DNA of 53,115 nucleotides from Perkinsus olseni (Eukaryota): NCBI GenBank assembly GCA_013115125.1, contig JABANN010000206.1, positions 1 to 53,115 of the forward strand, read 5' to 3'. Shown piece by piece: positions 37,931 to 49,536 of this stretch (position 1 is its first letter; each line of letters starts with the position of its first letter). The notes under the pieces were generated by a model. It saw only the letters and a program-made list of their open reading frames with translations, ran no database searches and was not told where the DNA came from. The position numbers and the translations under genes were made by a program.

Positions 37931-39773
37931 ATGGCTACTAAGATGGATGCGGCTGCGATTAACGCAGCTGCAGTGACTAGGGATTACACCATTAATCCCC
38001 GTGTCGAGTATCAGACTATCACTGGTGTCGAGGTATTGCTTCAACCAGCGTCATCCAATAAATGGCTCTACGGTTTCCAGCGTATGCTATTTCGTCATTC
38101 CCCTTTTTTAGGGTCCTCTGGTTATCCTTGATAACGTGAAGTTCCCTCAGTACAATGAGATTGTCAACCTTACTTTGGCTGATGGCTCCACCAGACAGGG
38201 ACAGATTCTGGAAGTTAACGGTTCTAAGGCCGTCGTCCAGGTAATTCTCTTACCCATTTCCCCACCAACCCTCGTCTATTGCTGGCCCTTGTCTCATTCT
38301 TGTTGTTCAGGTCTTCGAGGGTACCAGCGGTGTCGATAACAAGAACTGCTACATCGAGCTTACGGGTGATACCCTTAAGATGCCCATGTCCGATGAGATC
38401 ATGGGCCGTTCCTTCAACGGTTCCGGTCAGCCCATCGATAAGGGTCCGCAGGTCTTGGCCGAGGAGTACTTGCCCATCAACGGTTCTCCCATCAACCCCA
38501 AGTCTCGTCAGTATCCTAAGGAGATGATTCAGACTGGTCTCTCTGCCCTTGATACCATGAACTCCGTGGTCCGTGGTCAGAAGTTGCCTTTGTTCTCCGC
38601 TGCCGGTCTTCCTCATAATGAGATCGCCGCCCAGGTGTGCCGTCAGGCCCAGCTTGTCCAGGGTAAAGATATTCACGATCACTCCAAGGAGAACTTCTCC
38701 ATCATCTTCGGTGCCATGGGTGCTAATATGGAGACTGCCCGATTCTTCCGTAACGATTTCGAGGAGAACGGTTCTATGGAGAATGTCGTCCTGTTCATGA
38801 ACCTCGCCAACGATCCCACTATCGAGCGTATTGTCACTCCTCGTTTCGTGCTTACCGCCGCCGAGTACTTCGCCTACGAGCGTGAGCAGCATGTCTTCGT
38901 CATCTTGACTGATATGTCTTCCTATGCTGATGCTCTTCGTGAGGTCTCTGCTGCCCGTGAGGAGGTCCCCGGCCGTCGTGGTTACCCCGGTTACATGTAA
39001 GTCTTGGGAGGCTTCGTCTCTTTAATAGATGCATTAGTAGTAGCACCTGATGATGAGAAATCATACTTCTCACTTAGTAATCTGAGTGCATTCAAAATGA
39101 AGATATCCGTGGTCATGCTAATCTGAGGGTGTTCATCTTCTCCTCCCCACCTCGTTTCGTGATGTCTTGTTGCCATTCACTTCTGCTGCTGTTCAGGTAT
39201 ACCGATCTTGCCACCATTTACGAGCGTGCTGGTCGTGTTGAAGGCCGTAACGGTTCTATCACCCAGTTCCCCATCCTTACCATGCCTAACGATGATATTA
39301 CTCATCCTATTCCCGATCTTACTGGTTACATTACTGAGGGTCAGGTGTTCGTCGATCGATCCCTTCACAACAGACAGGTGTATCCTCCGATTAACGTCTT
39401 GCCTTCTCTGTCCCGTTTGATGAAGTCCGGTATCGGCCGCGGTATGACTCGTGAGGATCATCCTAGTGTGTCCGATCAGCTTTACGCTAACTACGCCGTT
39501 GGTGTCGATACTCGTGCCATGAAGGCTGTCGTTGGTGAGGAGGCCCTTAGTGAGGAGGACCACTTGTACTTGGAGTTCTTGGATAAGTTCGAGTCCAAGT
39601 TCTTGAGCCAGGGTCCCTATGAGAACCGTGATATCTTCCAGTCTTTGGATATCGCCTGGGAGCTCTTGCGTCTCTTCCCCGAGACTATGCTCAAGAAGGT
39701 GCCCCAGAAGATCAAGGACAAGTACTATCCTCGTGATCGTGAGGCTCAGAAGGCCGCTCAGGAGTCCAAGTAA
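37931..39773 (+). CDS. ATP6V1B: V-type proton ATPase subunit B, 4 exons
   Basis: [62 protein letters not shown] and [15 protein letters not shown]. Introns at 38033-38111, 38241-38310 and 38997-39196; strong codon bias. Confidence 0.98.
39043..39132 (+). ncRNA. Intronic box C/D snoRNA (candidate U6 snRNA 2'-O-methylation guide)
   Basis: Box C ATGATGA 39050-39056, D' CTGA 39082-39085, C' ATGAAGA 39097-39103, box D CTGA 39123-39126 and terminal stem gcacct/gggtgt, inside a 200-nt intron. Guide ggtcatgctaat lies directly upstream of box D. Confidence 0.8.
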
Positions 39774-39923
39774 GAAGACGACATGCCATCAGCAGACGCT
39801 TGTGCATTTTCTATTGCTACAGCACCATAAGGACCGACGAGTGACACTTTTGAATTGTTTTATAACAATTGCAACAACTGTTGTTTCCGTAGTAGATGAT
39901 AGGAGAGAGACTTAGCTCCCTCC

Positions 39924-40783
39924 ATGGGTGGTGAGTGATTCTATGTCGAGGAATTCTCTACAATCCTACTGTGTTTTGTGTAGTCAAGTGGATACGGGTA
40001 TGTGAAATATTCATCCAGGTTGGTCATCGCTAGAGAAGGAGGTGATCTCGAGTATGCTCTCCAGAATCAAGATCATTGAGATTGATCATAGATCATCAAG
40101 AGAAACCGCGGAGCGAATTGGGAGTGGCATGATCTATCCGAGCATCCTACGTTCGACGAGCTTTCTGTTGCGGATGAATTAAAAACTTCTTCAGTAAAGA
40201 AGTATTGCTCGTTGCAAAGGACTGAGATTCTCACGGGATTCACCAGATTCTCAATTCTCGCGAGCCTGGCCTGTTCGCTACTCGAAGTGAGCAGGCTACT
40301 GGGATGTATGTACGAACCCCTCTTACATATGCACCCGCTAGACTACGGATGCATACCGCGATACATCATACGGAAGAGCCCTGTCGACATCGAGAAGTAA
40401 CTGTTGTTAGGAACAGAAAGAGAGCAGACGAGACCTACTAGTTACCACCCTTCTAACTTCACAACTACCCCTTCAGAAACTCTCACAAGCGTTAACTGGT
40501 AAGACAGCTCCTCTTAAACAAGGTGATGAGATCCGAGCATTGGGAGGGGATGTTTCGAGTAGTCCGTGGAGTGACTGTCCAGCGCAATTTCATTTCCGTG
40601 ATGGTAGGGCTCATCCGTAGTATCAGTGGGCAAGAAGATTTGTCACGACAGGCGCGCCGCGACTCAATCACCGCGTTTGATGTGCGGTCTATCATCGAGG
40701 ATCCAACTCCGACTCAAGACTCAACACCTGTTCGAATGATGAAGGAAACACACCGTCGAGTGAAGACCGTTATCGAACAATAG
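39924..40783 (+). CDS. Possible hypothetical spliced gene
   Basis: ATG followed by a gtgagt donor, several coding-looking segments and ORF 40523..40783. No family recognised. Confidence 0.3.
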
Positions 40784-40899
40784 TGCCCTGAGAGTCTTGG
40801 CACACTATCAAGGACAGCTTTCCTCTGTAGCGGAGCTCTCATTGACGCACCACTATGGCTTGCTGATTCGCTGGAGCACTCTGAGTCACGTATGTGGTA

Positions 40900-41912
40900 G
40901 TGGTTACTGTAGTCGTATCGTCAACGGGCTGATAAAAGGAAACCAATAGACGCCGAAAATAATACGTTCCACGAACGAAAATCCTGAGACGTCTCTCCGC
41001 CAGTGGCTTACGCTATAGGCATCAACGACTTCATCATCGGAAGTATCGTTACAGCAAAGGAAGTATAGGAGGACCGCCAGGAGGATGATCTGATCTCAGG
41101 ACATCACGAAGCGCACGACTCACGCAAGGCACTTACAAGTAAGACCATAACGAGGATAGTATACCAATGGGCATACCATGGCGTGTGATGTATAATGACT
41201 ACACTAGTAGTGCCACCAACAGCAGCGGGGTAGGGGTTGGGCTGTTCAACAACGACCGAGGGAGCAGGAGCCACCGGTGGAGGGACGAATACCGGAACTG
41301 GTGCTACGACTGGAGCAACCGGGGCAACCACAGGAGCCTGAGAGCACAGAGAGCCTCTGACCACGCGAACGAGGACACAAACTCTACCGCATCCTACCGG
41401 ATGGTGGTGGACGATGGTGGTCCTGTGGACTACAGTACGGCGCACCACGGTGGGCTGCGCGTGTATTATCGTAGTCCTACGGGAAACAGGTTAGGTACAC
41501 CGTTGTCACCCGCTTGAATAGAAGAAGAACCTCACTTATGGATGGTCGTTTGGCCGTCAGTTGCGCCCATCAGCTTTGCTTTTTGAGCTGCCTCGTCCAA
41601 GGAGCAGTCGACTCCCGAGAAACTACCAATGAATGCAATACTTTCCACAACGGCGCCTTGTCTCCCTCAATCATCGTACTTATTAAAACACTGGCATTCA
41701 CCTATATCAGATGGGGCCATAAACCCTGACCCTCCAGCGGCCTTCACGCATTTGCCATGACCGTTGCACTGACTGCCTGGCTCAGCCGAGAGCACCTGAG
41801 CGTGAGGCTTCGCAAGGCGAGAAGCGCCATGATAGAGACTTACGCACTCGGATCGGACTCTGCCCAAAATGCTGAGGGAGAGCAGTACAAGGGCCGTCGA
41901 GAGGGATCTCAT
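40900..41912 (-). CDS. Type I membrane protein: signal peptide, EGF-like domain, Pro/Val-rich stalk, TM helix, acidic cytoplasmic segment (3' end approximate)
   Basis: MRSLSTALVLLSLSILG, CNGHGKCV...GECQCFNNFSGVDCS (spliced), APVVAPVAPVVAPVPVFVPPP, WYTILVMVLL-IILLAVLLYFLCC and NDTSDDEVVD. Confidence 0.75.
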
Positions 41913-42104
41913 GAATCTCTCAAAAAACAATCTACGGGACAAGTTGGATACCGCACTTCCAACTCAACATAACACAGGAGAGAATCTGCTAGGTGCTCAC
42001 CTTGCTATTGATTTGCATGCTGAAGAACCAATGATAAATGATACGACCCTTTGGGTGCGATTATCGAGAGGAGTGGTATCAGGCAGCGTGTTGCGGCCGC
42101 GCTC

Positions 42105-45100
42105 CTAGCCGTGAGGTTGAAGAGACACGACGCAATTGATTCTGGTATTGGGAGTTGATTGCCGACTGCTGTTGAGGGGAGGTGCCACTGCTAGTGTTGA
42201 GCCGTTGCTGCTGCTGATACTGCCACGACGGTAGAGTGGCGAAGCCTGAGGTAACGCTAAACTCGCATCGTCAAGGGCCACAGAACGTCAGTAGGGGGAC
42301 AGGCAACACAAAGCCCGATGAAAGTAAGTTGTACAAGTAGGTTCAAGAGAACCCCTCACTTTGCTGAGGGCTTTGAGTTGGGTAAGAGGACACGAGTGGG
42401 AAGGAGTATCCACCCGCGGAGTTCCCGAGTACCACACCAGACAGACCTGGAGTACAACAAGCGGACGCGGACACGGCGCAGCTGACTGTGGAACATACCG
42501 GATGATGCTGCTGCTGAGAACTCTGATGATCGTGTGTCACGTCCGCTGTTACGCAGGGGTGACGGGTTCCGGAACTGCGAGGGGTTCCATCCTATTGAAG
42601 TGTCCTGCCCGGACTCTCCACATTTGATAACTTGTGCATGCTCATCTATCTACAATACCAGCAACCATGACGTGAGTACTCCGCCGAGTACCACTGCACT
42701 CACTTCACCCGTCTCGGGGTCCACCACGAGCACTATCATGGCACCATCATTCTGGTAGACATTACAGTAGTTGGTAGCAGAGAATACAGTAAGAAGCAGA
42801 CCAGAGGCGAAGTACCTACGATGTCCTCGACGCTCAATAACACCGCCACTGACTGAGCACTACTCGTGACCACTCTTCACACATTCATGTGCTCGTATGA
42901 TGAGTTTGAGGTCATTGCGTTCACAGAACTCCGCGACCCTATCGGGACCGAAGCGACAGGTCGATTGTCCACGTGGTGAGAGATGCACACCGAGAACCTT
43001 CGATAACATCATGCGGGCAGCAGTGCCGACTAGAGTTACATTATCATTCTCAGTAGGGTCGCTCCACAGGGCGTCTAAGATCACGCGCTCACGTCGGCAG
43101 GTGGTACCTGACAGGGGAGAGGCTATCGACGTTGCAGTGACCAGGACGGTGACCTGGATACAGCTCCTCGGTGGAAGCAGCTGGTGCTACTGAGCACGCT
43201 GGTATAGTGATGGGCTTAGGTATTGAGGATAGGTCATCGAGGGTGCGGATGTTATCACCGATACCTACGAAAACTGATGGAAGACGGCTGCGAGGTGGGA
43301 GGCAGACCTCCGTGTATGCAAAGGACCCTGCTGCTCCCGTTGTCCGCACCCCGGCGGCCGGTCGCCGGTGAAAGACACTTGCCTCCCTGGGCTCCACCAT
43401 CAAAGCCACTGAGGCGACCCTCTTCGACTATGGCCGCCAGTGGTAGATACTCAAAGGCCTCGTTGGCCCTCTCCCACACTAGCTCTCCTGAATAGAATGA
43501 AGCTCTCATCAGAGACGACGTTGTAGTGAGCATACCATCAACTGCACCAAAGCGCTGCTTAGCTCCGGCAAGGAAGCCATAGTTGGCGTTCATTGACCGA
43601 TCCTCGTGGTTGCCACGAACCAGTGCGACCTTGGTAGGGTAGATGACCTTCCACAACAAGGAGCGTCCCGCAGCTCAGGTGAGGCGGGCACTACTTTCAA
43701 CGAGAGCAAGAGGGCAGCAACCTCGACTGAGAAGGCTCCTCGATCGACGAAGTCGCCAAGGAAGACATAGTTCATGGAGAAGATGTCCCCCTTCCTAGTG
43801 TGGGGCCAGGAGAACTTATTGAAGAATTGTACTAGGTCCTGAAGAGGTGGCAGTAGCGTCACAGCGGTAGTAGCGACCAGAATCCCACAGGCAGCTGACC
43901 ATGTATGTCGCCATACACTCGGCAGGGTAATGGTACTGATACTAGGGAGTCCTCCATCGCTAGGACGGACACAGCATGGTCTATGATAGCCAGCATGTCC
44001 TCGGCACCACCGGGGAAAAGATTTAGCCGACTCCAGTCGATACCTAGGGCGTGGTGGGGGGGGGCGATGGCAGAAGGGGGAGGGTTACGAGTTGGTGATG
44101 ATGTGAAGTCCATGAGACGTGTGATGAGTTGATGCTCTTGGGCGAACACTTCCGTCCGCTTCTGCCTTTGTGCTAGGTTGGTCGAGAGGCGTATCATAGG
44201 GTTAGAGCTCACCGCAGGGGCCGCTGTCTGTAAAGGGAGGACGGCGACATTGCGTTAATCTTCGTGGATCCACCTGTTGTTGTTGTTGATGGTTCCCTCG
44301 ATGTTTGTTCTCGTCCATTGGCCAATAGTGGCCAACACCATTGGAGAACTAAGGAGATTCTAAGGTCCCTCGTCCCATCACCACTAGAGTGTTCTCACTA
44401 CTCCGCCAGCCCCCTCAGCACAGAAGGAAGGCTCTATAACGCTAGGCCTCGAGTGTAGCATATTACGACGTCCTAACAGCAGCAGCAGCAGCAGCAGGGT
44501 GCCGCCCCGGTGCTTGGCTGCATACAATTACCCTGACTTCGAGGTGGTCCTGGCTCAGGTGACTTGTACTTCGGTGGCATCGCTGGCCGAGAGGAGGACG
44601 CGGAGGAGGACGATGAGCTCTTCCGCCCGTCAGAGGGCGGCCTGCTGCTCAGCATCCCCCCTCACTCGAGCCGTGTGATAAGTGCTACGTGCTAGTTTGG
44701 GCCGCTCCATCAGTTTTACCGGAGGCGGAGCGACGCCTTCGCAAGGCCTGCTGTGCCAAGCTCCGAGGGACCCGGAGGATCTGGCTCGTCCCTGATGATG
44801 AAGAAGAACAGGTAGGGACGATCGAGAAGGTACACAGCAAGTCCTCTAACCAGTGATGGTGCCCCTTTTAACAGCTTGATAGAACACGTTGTAGGTAAGG
44901 GCGGAGGCAGAAGCCTCCGATAGAAGGGCCTTGGCCTCTATTATGGAGGCGGAGCGAAGGTCGGTGAGGGCTGCAGACGAGGTCAAAGACGCCCTGCAGG
45001 AAGGCATCCTCGAAGGGTGCAGCTGCCCTCTTGCCCCCACTCCCCCTCTCGGAGCTGGCGCAGGCGCATGACCAGGGCTGTGGTCTCCTTGAGGTCTAGC

Positions 45101-45704
45101 TGACCATTCCTGTCCTCATCGAAGTAGAGGAAGATGAACTGCATGCGGAGCATCCCACTGGGGGCCTCGATGTCATGAGGGGTGAAGGGGTCCACTGCTA
45201 TCAGCCTGAGGTCAGCCAAGGTTACGAGAGGTATCTTCCGACAGAGGCCCACCCAGCGAGGAGATCGGTCTCGGAGAGTAGGCCATCCTGATCCCTGTCG
45301 AACACATCCCACAGCTGTTGGGCCCCTATGTGCCCATCGTCATCCAGTACATTATGATCTGAAGAGGACCTCATCACGGAAAGCCCTGTCCGTACACGAC
45401 AGTACCCTCGAGGAGACGAACGAACTCCTCTCGGTCGAGGGAGTGTGGTTTGGTGGCCGCGTACTGCCCCATCAGCTTCAACAGGGTTGTTGCGTTATCC
45501 TGCAATAGAGAGGTTACTCTTCGTATGCTGGCCGCAGCGGACCTGCCACTTCAGTTGACGGATGCACTGTTGTAACAGAAGACCGTGGCTCCTCCAAGGG
45601 CCCCACTGTGCCGCTGAGTACCCCTCCTGTAGCCCCGAGGACGCAGTAGGGGGAGGTGCTGCTATTGAATTTTTCGTCTTAGTTGATGATGGTGATGGGG
45701 ACAT
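42105..45704 (-). CDS. PPP-family Ser/Thr protein phosphatase with N-terminal EF-hand pair (PPKL-related / EFPP-like), multi-exon; 3' end approximate
   Basis: EF-hands FDRDQDGLLSETD and FDEDRNGQLDLKE. Catalytic motifs GDIHGQ, GDFVDRG, RGNHED, CIHGG, LWSDP, SPRG, IIRAHE and TVFSATNYC. Confidence 0.9.
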
Positions 45705-45872
45705 TGTGGAGAGGGTCCAGACCGATGGCGGAGCTGGGCTTCCTTACTGACAACACAAGCAGGAGCAGTGATAGTGAGTACATCATCAAGGTGACATGAA
45801 CAATATGAACGCTAGTAGAAGTACTAGTAATGTTGCAGTAATATCGAATTAACATCAGCAGAAGGATGTCAT

Positions 45873-46756
45873 CTAAATGTAAGTTATGAAGTCGCCGAGA
45901 TAGGTGTCAGCGATACCCTGAGCCTGCGACCGTTTTACAACATTATTAGCACTCAATGGTATGTTGGTCTCCTTCACATACTCGAAGTCAGAATCGTAGT
46001 AATCCCGTACGTAGGACGTTGCCCCCTGGAAGGGGAACTTCACGGTAGGCCTGCTCATTCTACTGGCCCCTTTGGGCTTGTTTCTGCTATGTATTTCGTG
46101 CCTCCCCAGGCCAGTACTAGTATCGGGGGTAGGGTAATGGTCATGTGTAATGCTCTCTGTGAATAGTAATCGAGCCTCAGCATCGACATGAGTGTCTACG
46201 GCCGGCTTGCACGGACTCGGCCTCGCTGTCAGCATCTCTCGAGCACTGTGCTGAGGATAAAAATGGCGAAATGTGGTATCAGAGCTGAGTGATCCTCCGG
46301 AGACATTCCCTCCAGAGCCTGCGAAGTTCTCCTTATGAATCTTATATAATTCCCGATTGATGAGGACGCCGTTGAGAGGACGAGGGATGTAGTCCTGGTG
46401 GTAGGCGCACATGGACCTGACTCGCGGACTATGGTTGCTTCATTCGACGATGATGATGATGACCTACCTCTGATAAGGAGGGGCCTGGGAGACCCTATGC
46501 CCGAACTCCTTATCTATCTGATGAATCCTCTTATACGATTCACTCTGGCATGCCAGTGCCTCAGCCACCGGTCTCGGCCTGAAGCTGTCGGCTGTTGAGG
46601 TCGAGAAATATATCTGAACGGCAGAGAGGTCCACGAGCCTCTTAAAGGTGGTATGACCTTATTGAGTGTGGCCTTGTCCAGTATACGATACCCCTGCGGC
46701 ACTATGCCACTCGATTGGAGTATCTGCTTCTTGCTAGGGGACGACGGGCCTCCCAT
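45873..46756 (-). CDS. Putative microtubule-binding SAXO/STOP-like (Mn-motif) protein
   Basis: Repeated short motifs CAYHQDYIPRP, DTTFRHFYPQH, ESITHDHYPTP, FQGATSYVRDY and DTYLGDF, resembling T-x-Y-x-x-D-Y/F-x-P repeats. Confidence 0.55.
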
Positions 46757-46883
46757 AGTGACCGACAGAATAAACGAACGCCGACTGAGCCCCAGGACAA
46801 ACCGTGAAAACACAAGACAAGTGAGGTTGGACACCGCAAGTGGTACTACTAGTAGTAGCCGAAGGGCCATGGTACACCTCGGC

Positions 46884-49252
46884 TCATCTACGGTGGCCCC
46901 TTCTACACCGGAGCCTACCTATACGGCTGCTGCTGCTGCTGCTGTTGGTCGCCCTCTTAGAGGATAGCTCACTCCAAGGGATGTTCATGGTTACGTTATG
47001 TGACTTAACACCGGCAACTGTGCCGCCAGAAGGCTCGTAAGACCCCGGGCCTACCTCACCATCAGTAGAGGTAATCGCAGTGTAGTCTACGCCAACCACA
47101 CCTGTGCCGAAGCGTTTAGATCTGGTATCGGCTACGGCGAGTCCTCGATCGTCTCTAGCACTGTACTGCCCCGGACCAGGTGCATGATCGGCTGTACAGA
47201 ATACACCACCGCTGCCGCCGAACCTATCCTTGCCGCTACCAAAGCTGAGATGATGCTGTTTCGGATTCCTGTACGTCGGGTTACTGTATGTCAGATCTTC
47301 CAACAGGCGAGGACTGTAGGCAGCTGGCCCTGGGCCTTGGGTCTTAGGAGTCTGCTTTCGTACGGTACGTCTCATGGAGTTGTCCCGTACCAACCGCAGT
47401 TGCGGAGCGACCCCCTTTCGTCTGCCGACCGCTGCCGCTGTAGCTCGCGGGGATCTTTCCTCCTCGTGTTTGCAGTGCGACTTCACTGTAGTATTGCGTT
47501 CCGCGAATGCCGATCCAGCATACCGGCTGGCACAGGTGCCAAAGACCCCCTTCCGACCCACCGCGGCCTTTGCCGAGACAAACTTCGATATCGACAATGC
47601 CTCGCCAGTGGCGTACTGATCGGGACCAGGCGTCCCCTGCGGCAAAGGCTTATTACACGGTCTACCATCAGTAGAGTCGAAGGCGCTAATGGGCTGACGA
47701 TTGTCAAGTGCTTCGGACACTATCGCTACATGCAAGGGGTTGTGTACGCCGTAATACCGCCGATGCTCCCCCAGAGCAACCACGGGATCTCCTGACCGCC
47801 GCACATGGACCCCCTCGACAGCGTTGAGCTTGTGTCGGATAGTCCTGGTCGTATAAGAATCACCACCGGTGTTGGCAACACACTCTCTCGCCAGGACTGT
47901 CACGCCGTCCTTGGATGAGGAGGAAGCCTGATGCCTATAGGAGCCAGGGCCAGGACCCGCAGTATGGGGTGTAGTGAAGGGCGCCTCCACTGTACGAGCC
48001 CAAGCATCGCTCCGAGGGACACTAGATGAGAAGGGCGCTACTGCTGCCTTATGAGACTCTATGGCTACCCTGGCGGCATTAAAATGACCACAATGACCGA
48101 GGTCTGCAGAGGACGTAGACAAGCTCCCACTGGTAACTGTATTAGCTGCTGTGGAAGTATCATAGTCATAGAACGATCCTTCCGATGGTGGTATGATCTG
48201 ATGGGCCATCGGTACTCTACTCCGGAACTGACTCGTGCCCAGGGGCGGCAGCTTACGGTTGTTGTAGTTCATGAGATGGTACTGCCCCGGTCCCGGCACC
48301 ACCGGGTCCGGTTGGGTGTTTTCTACAGTGTGACTAGGCTGGAAGACCTTCCTTTCCTCCCTATACTTATGCCACTGTGCATTGCGTACAGCCGGTGCTG
48401 TGAGCCTCCTTGCTGACTCAATAGAGTAGTGTGCAGGGCCACAGGTATCCGCCTTATCCCCGGTGTACTCCATCATTGGTATAGCAGTCTCCTCAACCGT
48501 CGACGACTCCTGATCAACCTTGTCCCAACAGCACTCGAGACAGCACGAGCTTACCCCAGGTCGAAGCCTTCGAAGTGGTATGGTCGCTGCCGACCTCTCG
48601 TTTGGTATCCTTAGCGGAGGTTGAGACCTTCGTGAGGTACCAGCGTCGGTAGCAGTAGCGTCGTCAAAGTACGACCCCGGACCTGACACCACTTAACACC
48701 CCCTTAGGAGGTCGGTCCTTACCCGGGTTGTCCACACTTGAACTTGGCATGAACTGTGAGCTGCCATGAGCTAGTGGTGCTAGGCGTGCTGACCTCGACT
48801 TGAGACCGTACCCTGCCGCCTTGTCCCCAAGAGGGCATTCCGGCGCATAGGTCCCCGGGCCTGATAACATGATTGCATTGACAATAGGCAGCGCAGATTT
48901 GACAGCATACCAGGGGTCTTGGAGGCTATGGCCCTCGAGTAGACAGCAAACTTGCCCTCGGAACTTTGGAAGGGGACCTGAGAGCAGTAGTTGGGGGGCC
49001 GAGGGTTCCTGATCAGGATACCTCCGCCCCTCGCTTCCACAGCTGTATCCTTTCTATTGACCCATCATCTCTCGACTCTTCACGGACCTGCACTAACACT
49101 TGGCCCTTGAAGGGTGTTGGAGGGCTTACCGCAACAGGGGCGCCAGTAGGCAGCCTAGGGTCGTAGCTCCCTGGTCCCACAGCATCGCTAGTGCTGGTAT
49201 CAACCCGTGAAGCCGAGAAGTCCCGAGGTGACCTGCTGAGGCTGATGGACAT
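46884..49252 (-). CDS. Sperm-tail PG-rich (SHIPPO/STPG/ODF3-type) repeat protein
   Basis: About 10 PGPGxY-type repeats (VGPGSY, PGTY, GPGSY, GPAHY, PGPGQY, PGPGSY, PGPDQY, PGPAAY, PGPGQY, VGPGSY) with F.S...R spacers. Long last exon. Confidence 0.85.
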
Positions 49253-49536
49253 AGAAGCAGCACTACTGAAAGGAAGACCAAGCACATGCAGAGACTCATC
49301 CACAATGACGACCGCGGCATCAGAACTTCCGAACAAGCTGAGAACCTCCATGGCGAACGCTGGCCTACCCGTAGCGATAGCAACTAAAAAATCTAGATTC
49401 TCCGAATTGAAATACAAGATGGTGATGATGCTGGTGTTGTTATTGTGATTGCAGTAGTACACCGCAGTACGCTATTATGCGGGGCTGCTGCGGGGCCGGG
49501 GGGCCCTAGCAGCCTATTGTGTCGAGCCAATGCTGG

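Noticed and set aside
38224-39563. Long minus-strand ORFs (222 aa, 128 aa) opposite V-ATPase B
   Set aside because: Expected antisense open frames caused by strong codon bias of a highly expressed gene.
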